A stretch of 64,000 bases of DNA from a virus: the IMG/VR virus record IMGVR_UViG_3300045988_166882; one strand, given 5' to 3'. Below are positions 26,305 to 35,075 of this stretch, one piece after another. A program made the translations under genes and the position numbers. Within the stretch, counting starts at the first letter, position 1. Every line of letters starts with the position of its first letter. Below the pieces are notes generated by a model. That model was given only the letters and a program-made list of their open reading frames with translations. It was not told the DNA's origin and ran no database searches.

Positions 26305-26313
26305 CAACGCGAA

Positions 26314-26592
26314 ATGGAACATTGTTTAACATCCACCGGAACCCCTACGCGGGCCGAAAAAGTGTTGGAGAATACGTTCAATGAAAGCGAGCCTATTGAG
26401 TACTTCTGCGAACTGAAATCCGGCGACTGGGTTATAATCCAGCTGGGGAGCCTCAAACTGGGGTATCATTACCGGAGCGGAGTTGTCAGCGAACGGAAAG
26501 ACGGTAGTATTGAAGTGAGGTCAGGAGGGCATCGTATTTTATTCAAACCGGGTAGCGAACACAGAATACGAAGATGCAAGTTGATGAAGTAA
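26314..26592 (+). CDS. hypothetical protein (92 aa)
   Basis: ATG ORF. No motif recognised. Confidence 0.45.
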   Translation: MEHCLTSTGTPTRAEKVLENTFNESEPIEYFCELKSGDWVIIQLGSLKLGYHYRSGVVSERKDGSIEVRSGGHRILFKPGSEHRIRRCKLMK

Positions 26593-27122
26593 CAAAGGCT
26601 TTTCACGAGGCCAGCCGATATCGCGCCGATCACTTACGTAAGGCCCTTGGTGGTTTTACGGAGAACGGCCTGATCGAAAAGGGCCGTTCAAAGAGCGGTC
26701 GCTACGCCAACACGGCTGAGAATCGAAGAAAGGGACGTGTTGGCATGCCTTATGAAAAGAAAGGCCGTGGACCAGCGCCACACCAGCGTCGAGATTCTGA
26801 ACATCGCCGAAACGGTACGTATATTCGTACGCTTACTGCAGGTGACGGGAACGAGGCTCTCGAAATAGGCGAAGACGGCGTTGCTCGTAATGATTTTTAC
26901 GACAACCAAGAAGTCGGCAAATACACCAAGAAATACGAAAAAGTCAACAACGGAGACAAGGTTCGTTATGGTAGTAGAATCTATACCGTTTACGCCACAA
27001 AGAACTTAACCGAAGGCGGGGTAACAACGCAATTCGTTCAATTCACTGGTAAGCCTTCTTACAGTGGTGCTCCGCGTGGAACGGGCAAGTGGGTTCCCCG
27101 AAAAGACGTCGAGAAACTATGA
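26574..27122 (+). CDS. hypothetical basic protein carrying the YANTAENRRKGRVG motif (182 aa)
   Basis: IEKGRSKSGRYANTAENRRKGRVGMPY aligns with IEKARHGVYADNAQNRRLQRVGQEY of the 23809 ORF. Confidence 0.5.
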   Translation: MQVDEVTKAFHEASRYRADHLRKALGGFTENGLIEKGRSKSGRYANTAENRRKGRVGMPYEKKGRGPAPHQRRDSEHRRNGTYIRTLTAGDGNEALEIGEDGVARNDFYDNQEVGKYTKKYEKVNNGDKVRYGSRIYTVYATKNLTEGGVTTQFVQFTGKPSYSGAPRGTGKWVPRKDVEKL

Positions 27123-28051
27123 TTTTCAACAATCGCCAAATAGACGACATGGTCGGCATTCTCCGGCGTTGGCAGTACCTGTTTATTGCCAAGCACGTCG
27201 GATTAGACTTTCTGACCCAGTCGGAGATCGACATCTTGGTGGCGTCAGGGGTCAACGTCGATAAGTACAAGAACACGAAAGGTATCATCGAACACGCTTT
27301 TCTGTTCGGTATCTTGGCTGAGGCACTCGGCGATCAACGCGCCAAGAAGATGAATTACAAGCAGTTTCTCCAGTACCTCAAATCAGGAAACTTCGTTCCG
27401 CTCACCGAGCAGGAGGAGAACGCGCTGAATTATCTCAAGAACCGCGCCTACACCGACATCACGTCGCTCGGAAACCGTATCGTTACCGGTACGCGCAACG
27501 CCATCCTCAAATCTAACTTTCGTCAGCAAGCCGCCATACGCCAGCAGATCAAAGATAAGGCCATGCAAGCCGTCCAACTGCGTAAGGGGGCGCGGTATAT
27601 AGCCAGCGAATTGGGGAACCTTACCCAAGACTGGGGACGCGATTGGCTGCGTATTGCGTACTACCTTCTGCACGAAGCCTACAACGTGGGCCGCTCGGAA
27701 AGTATCTACAAGCAGTATGGCCCCGACGCTATGGTGTATTTCGACGTATACCCCGGCGCGTGTGCCAAATGCCGCGAGTTGTACTTGGAGGACCCCGAAG
27801 ACCCTAATTCGAAGCCAAAACTGTTCCGCCTCGGAGACCTTATCGCCAACGGTAACAATATCGGCCGTAAGGTGGCTGAGTGGCTTCCTACGATCGACCC
27901 GACGCACCCCTACTGCCGCTGTACTATCAACCACGTACCGCCGGGGTACGAGTGGGACCCTGAAACACGCGCTTTCACCAAGCCTGTCAAGCGTCAGTTC
28001 AAGAACCCAAAGTTAAGGAACGTGAAACTCAACATTAAAGTAACAAAATAA
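27119..28051 (+). CDS. head morphogenesis protein, SPP1 gp7 / Mu F-like
   Basis: C-terminal LPTIDPTHPYCRCTINHVP carries the HPxCRC signature of the family. The start is taken at the ATGA overlap (27119) rather than track start 27089. Confidence 0.7.
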   Translation: MIFNNRQIDDMVGILRRWQYLFIAKHVGLDFLTQSEIDILVASGVNVDKYKNTKGIIEHAFLFGILAEALGDQRAKKMNYKQFLQYLKSGNFVPLTEQEENALNYLKNRAYTDITSLGNRIVTGTRNAILKSNFRQQAAIRQQIKDKAMQAVQLRKGARYIASELGNLTQDWGRDWLRIAYYLLHEAYNVGRSESIYKQYGPDAMVYFDVYPGACAKCRELYLEDPEDPNSKPKLFRLGDLIANGNNIGRKVAEWLPTIDPTHPYCRCTINHVPPGYEWDPETRAFTKPVKRQFKNPKLRNVKLNIKVTK

Positions 28052-29010
28052 TGAAAAACAAAATCGTACAAGACCCCCCGTTCACCATGCAGATCGAGCC
28101 GACCGAGGGTTGTAACTTGGGGTGTTCGTTCTGCGGCCTTCACGGCATGCGTGAAAAGGGTACCAAACCGTGGAATTTCATGACCGTCGAAACCGCCGAG
28201 CGTATCGCTTCTGAGGTAGCGCGTGTGGGCTGGAATTGCAAGTTCGTGTTCGCTATGCACGGCGAACCCACGCTCAACCCGGCGTTCATCGACATCGTGG
28301 CCACGTTCCGCAAGCACTTGCCGAAGGCCGTGTTCCATATGTACAGCAACGGCTACGCCATGAACCACGCCGACGACACCGAGGCTTACCTCGACCGCCT
28401 GTTCGGCGCTGGCATGAACGACATCTTGGTGGACTGCTACACCGCCAACGGCGACTGGAATTTCGTCGAGAAGATCGATGTCGATAAGTACAACGTCGTC
28501 ACGCTGGAACCGGGCGTTCCGTACTACTACCCCAAGCAGGGCCGTCGTATCTGCTTGCTGCCGCCCATCGCCCAGGACGATACCAACAAGATGACGCGGC
28601 GTCTGGCCAACCACTGCGGCGCGGCGTTCCCGCTCGACGATTCGTTCAACAACAAGCGTTGTACTTTCCCGTTCCGGGAACTGGACGTGCGCTGGAACGG
28701 TCAGGTCTGCTTGTGTTGTGACGACTTCCGCGGTGAGTACCCCATCGCCAACATCCACGACATGCCCATCGAAGACCTTTGGAACCACCCGCGCTTCCAC
28801 GCCGCTCGCGTGATGCTGTACAATAACGACCGCCGCTTCCGCCCGTGTCAGGGGTGTACGCACGTCAGCGTTCGCGTTGGCTTCCTGCCTGACAAGAAGG
28901 GTAAGCAGACGCTGCCGGCTATCACGCCCGAAATCCGCCGTATGGCTGAAGAGGTATCGAAGGACGGCCCCTGCGCCGAGAAGATTTACCGACGGCCATG
29001 GGAAAAATAA
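28051..29010 (+). CDS. radical SAM enzyme with C-terminal Cys-rich (SPASM/twitch-like) extension
   Basis: EPTEGCNLGCSFCG contains CxxxCxxC, and HGEPTLNP resembles the SAM-binding motif. C-terminal cysteines: CTFPF...CLCCDDF...CQGC. The start overlaps the MuF stop (TAATG). Confidence 0.85.
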   Translation: MKNKIVQDPPFTMQIEPTEGCNLGCSFCGLHGMREKGTKPWNFMTVETAERIASEVARVGWNCKFVFAMHGEPTLNPAFIDIVATFRKHLPKAVFHMYSNGYAMNHADDTEAYLDRLFGAGMNDILVDCYTANGDWNFVEKIDVDKYNVVTLEPGVPYYYPKQGRRICLLPPIAQDDTNKMTRRLANHCGAAFPLDDSFNNKRCTFPFRELDVRWNGQVCLCCDDFRGEYPIANIHDMPIEDLWNHPRFHAARVMLYNNDRRFRPCQGCTHVSVRVGFLPDKKGKQTLPAITPEIRRMAEEVSKDGPCAEKIYRRPWEK

Positions 29011-29678
29011 AGTACCTTTGTGTCGAGTCTCAAGCGGGTGATCTCCTGATGAGTGCTTGTCACGTTTTAGTAGCACCTGAATATGACGTTCGGGTGCTTA
29101 CTGTAGATAACGCCCCAAAGCCTTTGGCTGAGCAGCAGCGGTTGTACGATTTTCTGGGTATCGGGATGGACCGCTTGGACTTAGAGTTAGAAGATGTCCG
29201 TTGTGGCGATTTTAAGGCCCATTCTGCGGACTGCAACTACGAAGGCGTCTATACGTACCTTCGCGCGAAATACGGGAACGACGGACTTAATTTCGCCGAA
29301 CAAACGCTTCGCGATTACCTGCGTAAGTTTATGCGCCGCAACCCCGGTTACGTGATACTGGCGCCGCTGGGGTCGGGACACCCCTTCAACCAGTTCGTTC
29401 ACGATGTGGTGTTTGATACGGCGTCGGCGGCAGAATACTATCGCGACTTTCCATATTCGTACGTACCACGGGGTCGTGAACAGGTCAGGGTCCAGTGCTA
29501 CGGCGGCGAAACTTTACTGATGAAACGCCGAGTTCCGTGCGACGATATGTTCGACGTGAAGTGGGAACTGGCTATGCGCTTCTACCCGTCGTTATCGCCG
29601 ACGATACGCAAGTATCAGCGTTTTATAGAACAAAACCCGCCCGAAGAAATCTGGTACGAGGGCGATTTACCATTTTAA
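28998..29678 (+). CDS. hypothetical protein (226 aa)
   Basis: Overlaps the radical SAM gene by 13 nt. Only a faint LmbE/PIG-L-like topology (VILAPLGSGHPFNQFVHD), and the N-terminal metal motif is not conserved. No function is assigned. Confidence 0.5.
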   Translation: MGKIKYLCVESQAGDLLMSACHVLVAPEYDVRVLTVDNAPKPLAEQQRLYDFLGIGMDRLDLELEDVRCGDFKAHSADCNYEGVYTYLRAKYGNDGLNFAEQTLRDYLRKFMRRNPGYVILAPLGSGHPFNQFVHDVVFDTASAAEYYRDFPYSYVPRGREQVRVQCYGGETLLMKRRVPCDDMFDVKWELAMRFYPSLSPTIRKYQRFIEQNPPEEIWYEGDLPF

Positions 29679-29681
29679 GCT

Positions 29682-30485
29682 ATGGATTGTCAATTCTTCG
29701 TCGTGTCCAAGAACCGCCCCAAGTGCGTCACGACCAAATTGTTGGAAAAGGGCGGCGTCGACTACCACATCGTGGTCGAAAAGGAAGACGTTGAAAAGTA
29801 CGTCGAAGCAGGTCACGACCGTAAGCGGTTGATCGTACTACCAGCGTCGAACCGCGGCTACAGCTACGTGGTCAATTTCTGCAAGAACACCTACCTCCGC
29901 GCCGGGCGGCCTGTGGTGGTGATGGATGACGATATCGCCAACTTCTTCTACTCGATCGACGGCGAAGCCAAATGCGGCCTTTCGCTGAAGACCCCAGAAG
30001 AACTGTCAGAGTTCTTTGAAGAGTTCAACCGCGAAGTCATGGAGACCGACTTCGAGTACGGCACCATGGGCAAGAGCGCCTTCGACTGGAGTTGTACCGA
30101 CGTCAGCCCGCGTTTCAAGTACGGCGGTATCCCTCACCTCATCGTGTTCAAAGGGCTGCGGACGCTGGAGTTGGACTTTGACGAAAAGTTGGAGTTGAAG
30201 TGCGACATCGACTATTCGTTGAAGTGTATGTATCTGGGCATCGTCTACGCACGCTTCGTACGCTTCCTTCTCCAGAGTAAGATGAACAAGGAGGCAAATC
30301 AGGGCGGCGGCCTTCAAGACGTGTACGAGCGTCAGGAACGTGTTCAGCGTGCTCACAACATCATATTGAAGCGGTGGCCGCTGAACGCCCGTGTCGATGA
30401 CAAGAAGAAGCCCATCAACGGCGTACCGGAGTTACGTATTGTGTACAAGAAATTTGATATTGACTTTGATGCGGTGGAGGTGTAG
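29682..30485 (+). CDS. GT-A-like (DxD) glycosyltransferase candidate, paralogue of 11494..12309
   Basis: FFVVSKNRP...HIVVEKEDV...VVVMDDDIANF...ANQGGGLQDVY. See the entry at 11494. Family not verified. Confidence 0.45.
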   Translation: MDCQFFVVSKNRPKCVTTKLLEKGGVDYHIVVEKEDVEKYVEAGHDRKRLIVLPASNRGYSYVVNFCKNTYLRAGRPVVVMDDDIANFFYSIDGEAKCGLSLKTPEELSEFFEEFNREVMETDFEYGTMGKSAFDWSCTDVSPRFKYGGIPHLIVFKGLRTLELDFDEKLELKCDIDYSLKCMYLGIVYARFVRFLLQSKMNKEANQGGGLQDVYERQERVQRAHNIILKRWPLNARVDDKKKPINGVPELRIVYKKFDIDFDAVEV

Positions 30486-30520
30486 GATTCCAAGTATTTA
30501 TTTGGAAAACTGCACAACGT

Positions 30521-32269
30521 ATGTCAGACAATATCCAAAAAGCAAAGCACAACGTCGGCGATCATCATCCTACGCAACCGTGGGTGTGGACGGAGTACAA
30601 GCCCGGAAAGTTCAACTGGCGTGTCGACAAGAACGCCAAACCCAAGGACAACGCCGATACCGGTAAACAATCGACAGGCGGCGGCGCCACGAGCCTCGAA
30701 GAGTGGGCTAAGCGTACCACCGACGACAACCTGCTCAAAGTAGTAAACAACCCCAAAGGTAACGCGCAGTTGCGGCAGATTGCCTACAACGAACTGAAGT
30801 CACGTAACGCCGATCTTTTGCAGGTCGATACAAGCGGTACGTTGGCCACGCTGTTGAAGATGACCACCCAGCAGGACCCCGTGGCACCCACCAACGCCGC
30901 GGCTAAAGTAGACATCAACGACGGCGAGGGCGGAAACGACGACGGTGAAATCGTTGAAGACTGGTTCCTCAACCCTGACGACCCGCGCATTCAGAAGAAG
31001 TTCAACAAACTCCAAAGCCGTCAGGACCGTATTGCGTACGACCGCTTCGTCTACGCGATGAAGAAGAAGGACCCTGACTACCAGCCGCCTGTTGAGGTGA
31101 TGTACGACCTGAACCGCCAGTATCTGGAGTTCTTGGACAACAAGGAGCAGCGGTTCATGATCTCGGCTGGTGGTGCCGGTATCGGTAAATCGTACGGTTT
31201 CAAGAAAATCGCCGAACTGCTCAACAAGCGTCCGTTTGACGCCGAAACCGACGCGCCGGGCGATGGCGACTATGACTACGTTGAACTCGGTGACATCAAC
31301 TCCAAGAAGCAGCTGCTGGGCGTACTCAAAGCCCACAACGGCAAGATTCTTCTGTTCGACGATACCGACTCCGTTATCACCCGCGCCGACTTGGCTTCCA
31401 TCATGAAGAAGGCCACTTCCGCTTCAGGTAAGCGCGTGGTCGGAGACCCGGACGACGTCAAGTCGAATTTCGTATTCACGGGCCGTATCATCATCATGAC
31501 CAACAAGGACCTCGTGAACCTCGCCAAGAACGAGGATGCCAAGGCTATCATTTCGCGCGCTACGCTGACGTCGGAAGTCTACCTGACCGTTGACGAGACG
31601 ATCGAGGTTCTGAAGGACCGCTACGAAGACATGGACGTTCCCCAGCAGCCGCACCTCGATGACCCCGAAGAGGACAAGCAGGAACGTAAAGAACTGTTTG
31701 ACCTTATTGTCAAGAACAAGAATAAGATCGACCCTGCCAAGTTTACCACCCGTACCTTTGGCACCATCTTGTCGGAGAAGCGTTCTGCCGACCGCGCTAA
31801 CAAGCGCGCCAAGCAGGGCGGTCAGTGGACAAACCTGATCGGCAGCCAGCAAAAGGAGTGGGAACGCGCCGCCGTTCGTGCACTGACGAAGGGACTCGCG
31901 TACGAGGCCATTCAACCCGTCGAAACGTCGGATGATATCAGTAAGGCCGAAGCCCTGCTCAGCGACGCAGAATCGCTCGAAAAGGCCGATTTTACCGAAG
32001 AGCAGCGTGAGAAACTTGCCAAGAAGAAGGAGGCCCTCCCTGACGGCTCGTTCCCGATTCGTAACAAGTCCGACCTGAAGAACGCCATCCGTCTTGCTGG
32101 TAACGCCAAAAACCCCGAACGCGCTCGGCGCTGGATCAAACGCCGCGCCAAGTCGCTCGGTGCTGAGGATATGATCCCCGACACGTGGAAGGCTCAGACT
32201 ACTGACCTCGGTTCGCTGCCGGCTGACGACATGTCGATCGAAAAGGCTGAAACCCTCTTGTTCGGATAA
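30521..32269 (+). CDS. P-loop NTPase (AAA-like) with phage-type C-terminal DGSFPIRN...AIRLAGNAKNP motif
   Basis: Walker A ISAGGAGIGKSYG, Walker B KILLFDDTD, then GRIIIMTNK. The C-terminal LPDGSFPIRNKSDLKNAIRLAGNAKNPERARRWIKRRAKSLG resembles a short module I recall from actinophage capsid/protease-associated proteins. Confidence 0.65.
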   Translation: MSDNIQKAKHNVGDHHPTQPWVWTEYKPGKFNWRVDKNAKPKDNADTGKQSTGGGATSLEEWAKRTTDDNLLKVVNNPKGNAQLRQIAYNELKSRNADLLQVDTSGTLATLLKMTTQQDPVAPTNAAAKVDINDGEGGNDDGEIVEDWFLNPDDPRIQKKFNKLQSRQDRIAYDRFVYAMKKKDPDYQPPVEVMYDLNRQYLEFLDNKEQRFMISAGGAGIGKSYGFKKIAELLNKRPFDAETDAPGDGDYDYVELGDINSKKQLLGVLKAHNGKILLFDDTDSVITRADLASIMKKATSASGKRVVGDPDDVKSNFVFTGRIIIMTNKDLVNLAKNEDAKAIISRATLTSEVYLTVDETIEVLKDRYEDMDVPQQPHLDDPEEDKQERKELFDLIVKNKNKIDPAKFTTRTFGTILSEKRSADRANKRAKQGGQWTNLIGSQQKEWERAAVRALTKGLAYEAIQPVETSDDISKAEALLSDAESLEKADFTEEQREKLAKKKEALPDGSFPIRNKSDLKNAIRLAGNAKNPERARRWIKRRAKSLGAEDMIPDTWKAQTTDLGSLPADDMSIEKAETLLFG

Positions 32270-32272
32270 CCC

Positions 32273-34657
32273 ATGGACGAACTGAGAAAAGCGCTGGAAA
32301 CTTTCGCCCTCCGTAACGCCGAGGGCGAAGTTTCTGACGCCATGCTGGAGAAGGCGTGTGAGGCGTACAAGGTTCGTTCTTCAGAGTTCGTCGACGACTA
32401 CCAGTATAACCTGTACGTGGCGAAGTCCGTCTACGATCACCTCCATGGCGTCGATCAAGACCCTGAAATTTCAAAGGCTATCATGCCCGGCCAGACTAAG
32501 GTTGTCGATGGCGTGGTGTATATTTGGACGCTTACCCCTAACGCCAAAACGAAGTACGACTGGCGAGTTTACAAGAATCCTCAAGGTACACCCGTTGGAA
32601 AGGGTCCTTTTCGCTCTAAAGCCATATTAGAACGGCAGCAGAAGGAAGTGAACGAAATGTTCCCCGCCGACCCCTCTGAATTGACCTTCGTTCAGAAACT
32701 GGGCGGTTCTACGGGGGCTGAGTTGATGAAAGACGCCAAGGGCCGTGAGTTCGTCGTAAAGAGTTCTAAGAACACCACCCGCGGTCACATCGCAGCGGAG
32801 TACTACGCCGCGCAGGTATACAGCCTTTTGGGGTTGGACACGCCTGACTATGAAATGTACGACGACGGAACGGACCTCGTGTTGATATCGAATTACATGC
32901 GCGGCATGTCCGAACCTCAAGTTAAGGACTACGACACCATGGCTAAAGGCTTTGTCGTTGACGCCTTTTTGGCCAACTGGGATATTTACAAAAACGACAA
33001 CTGCTTGGTTGACGCCGCTGGTAAAGTCTACCGCGTCGACAACGGTAGTACGTTTGATTACCGTGCCCAAGGAGCCAAGAAGCCTTTTGGCAACCAAATC
33101 GACTGGGATAACATGGTGCGGTACAATTCCAGCGTGGTTGCCAACCTCAAGCCGCAGGACTTCATCGATCAGATTGACGCCCTGAAAGCCCGTAAAGACG
33201 AAGTATTGGCGTATTTTGACGCCGGAAGGCTCGGTTCCAAGCCGAAGATGCGCGCCATCATTGAGGCTCGTTTCAAAGACCTCGACCGCATCCGCGGTAT
33301 TTATGAGATAGAAGTACGTCGTACCAGCAGACAAGTTGCGCCCCGAACGCTCAAGTCTCCGGCAGATATGTACCGCGACTTCACCGAAGATGAGATCAAT
33401 GATTTTTGGAATAATCAGCCCGGAGCCGATTATTACCAAAAGTTACAACGTCACAGCGGCCATACGGGGTGGGAACTGCTCTCTACCATTTGTAGCGCTC
33501 GTGGCTTTGATGCGCGGCCTGATGTAGTCGACGACGCTACGTTCTTCGCCAAGGCTGCTCAGAATAAGTATCATATGTTCCGGGGAGTGGAACGTAACGG
33601 AACGGATAAAAACTACTACGCCGACGACTTCAAGTACAACGACGCTTGTTACTACGGAACTGTTGGTGTGTATGCTGAAGGAATCTATTTCCATGTGAAC
33701 GATTCGTCTAACGCCGACCGCACTCCATCCGGCTATCAGAAGACTTCGGCTTATCACAACGCTCGCGGTTACGCGGGTAGTGGTGCCATTATCGAGGCAG
33801 TTCTCGACGACAGCGCCAAGGTCATAACCGTTAATGACGCTCGTGAAGAGGTCAAGCAACTGTCTGCCGGTAATTCACCTGCTTTCCAAAAGGCAAAAAA
33901 AGAACTCGACGACGCCAAGGCCGAATACCAGCGCGTAACCGACGAACTCAACAACCTTACCGACACTACCGAAAAGAAGGTAAAGTCCGATATGCACTGG
34001 GACGACGCTTCGTACGTCGATATCCCGTTACAAATCGACCAGATTATCGACTGGGGTGCCATCGACGATGACGGCAACCCGGCATACATGAAGTTTGACG
34101 ACTTCATGGATAATCACCTAAAAGGCTGGATCAAGGCTAACGGCGGTACTATTACGGCCAAGGGTGGAGGCACCGACGACTACGTCATCAAGATGCCTAA
34201 CACCAACGAACGGTTCGTCTTTTCGCGCTTTCGGTACGAGAACGACGCTATCAAACGTAAGAACGCATTTGCGCGTCCGTACAACTATCCCGTTCGCCAG
34301 CTGAAGGAATGGATCATGCGCGAGCACTTCGGTAAAATTGAAGATGCCGTAAAGAGTGCCATCAACAACTTGGATGACGAAGTGAAACGTTTGCAGGGCG
34401 AACAGCGCAAGGCGTATGTCGATTACAAAGACAAGGACAACGCCATGAGCAAGTTGAGCGTAAACGCCGTTGGTGATCCTGATAAGGACATCTATGCTGC
34501 CATCTACAAGAACGTTCATAAGGACGGCGAAAAAGAAGCACTGGGCGTATACGCTGCTTTGAAGGGATATGACGCCCTTATTCAGCCTAACGGAAACGGT
34601 TCCGGTAACTCGTTCATGATCGTGTTGAATCGCTCTAAAATCATTACTCGTAAATAG
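32273..34657 (+). CDS. large multidomain protein: protein-kinase-like fold plus ADP-ribosyltransferase-like domain
   Basis: Kinase-like region: GGSTGAELMKDAKGREFVVKSS, AAEYYAAQVY, DAFLANWDIYKNDNCLVDAAGKVYRVDNGSTF (catalytic loop plus DxG-like). ART/PARP-like region: YHMFRGV, YYGTVGVYAEGIYFHV, GSGAIIEAVL. All by-eye calls. Confidence 0.55.
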   Translation: MDELRKALETFALRNAEGEVSDAMLEKACEAYKVRSSEFVDDYQYNLYVAKSVYDHLHGVDQDPEISKAIMPGQTKVVDGVVYIWTLTPNAKTKYDWRVYKNPQGTPVGKGPFRSKAILERQQKEVNEMFPADPSELTFVQKLGGSTGAELMKDAKGREFVVKSSKNTTRGHIAAEYYAAQVYSLLGLDTPDYEMYDDGTDLVLISNYMRGMSEPQVKDYDTMAKGFVVDAFLANWDIYKNDNCLVDAAGKVYRVDNGSTFDYRAQGAKKPFGNQIDWDNMVRYNSSVVANLKPQDFIDQIDALKARKDEVLAYFDAGRLGSKPKMRAIIEARFKDLDRIRGIYEIEVRRTSRQVAPRTLKSPADMYRDFTEDEINDFWNNQPGADYYQKLQRHSGHTGWELLSTICSARGFDARPDVVDDATFFAKAAQNKYHMFRGVERNGTDKNYYADDFKYNDACYYGTVGVYAEGIYFHVNDSSNADRTPSGYQKTSAYHNARGYAGSGAIIEAVLDDSAKVITVNDAREEVKQLSAGNSPAFQKAKKELDDAKAEYQRVTDELNNLTDTTEKKVKSDMHWDDASYVDIPLQIDQIIDWGAIDDDGNPAYMKFDDFMDNHLKGWIKANGGTITAKGGGTDDYVIKMPNTNERFVFSRFRYENDAIKRKNAFARPYNYPVRQLKEWIMREHFGKIEDAVKSAINNLDDEVKRLQGEQRKAYVDYKDKDNAMSKLSVNAVGDPDKDIYAAIYKNVHKDGEKEALGVYAALKGYDALIQPNGNGSGNSFMIVLNRSKIITRK

Positions 34658-34658
34658 T

Positions 34659-35075
34659 ATGAAAAAGGAACCCCAGTACGGAATAGCGCGCCTGCGAACG
34701 ACTTCGGTCGTTGGCGGTATGGCTTCACCGTACATCAATCGTAAACAACCTTCGGCGTTGATCCCCTTCAAGGGTGATCTCCCGATGCTGAACGACATCG
34801 ACACTCTCACGTTCCGTGAAGCTATCCGTGAGACGCTGTCGCTCGACGAACTTTCGTCAGAGTTTCAGCGTGTAGCCACCGAGGGTTATCGTATTGCCGT
34901 CATGGAAGAAGGATTCACCGCGTATCTTCGCGAGCGAGCCATAACGCCTGACGACTTTGTAAAATTAAGCAATCCCGAGAAATCGGACTATTTGCTGGAT
35001 TGGATGAATTTGAACTCATTAGGTTTGGAATCGCTTAAAATCACAATCCGCAATGGCAAAAATTACGTACAATAA
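34659..35075 (+). CDS. hypothetical protein (138 aa)
   Basis: ATG ORF starting 2 nt after the upstream stop. Confidence 0.5.
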   Translation: MKKEPQYGIARLRTTSVVGGMASPYINRKQPSALIPFKGDLPMLNDIDTLTFREAIRETLSLDELSSEFQRVATEGYRIAVMEEGFTAYLRERAITPDDFVKLSNPEKSDYLLDWMNLNSLGLESLKITIRNGKNYVQ

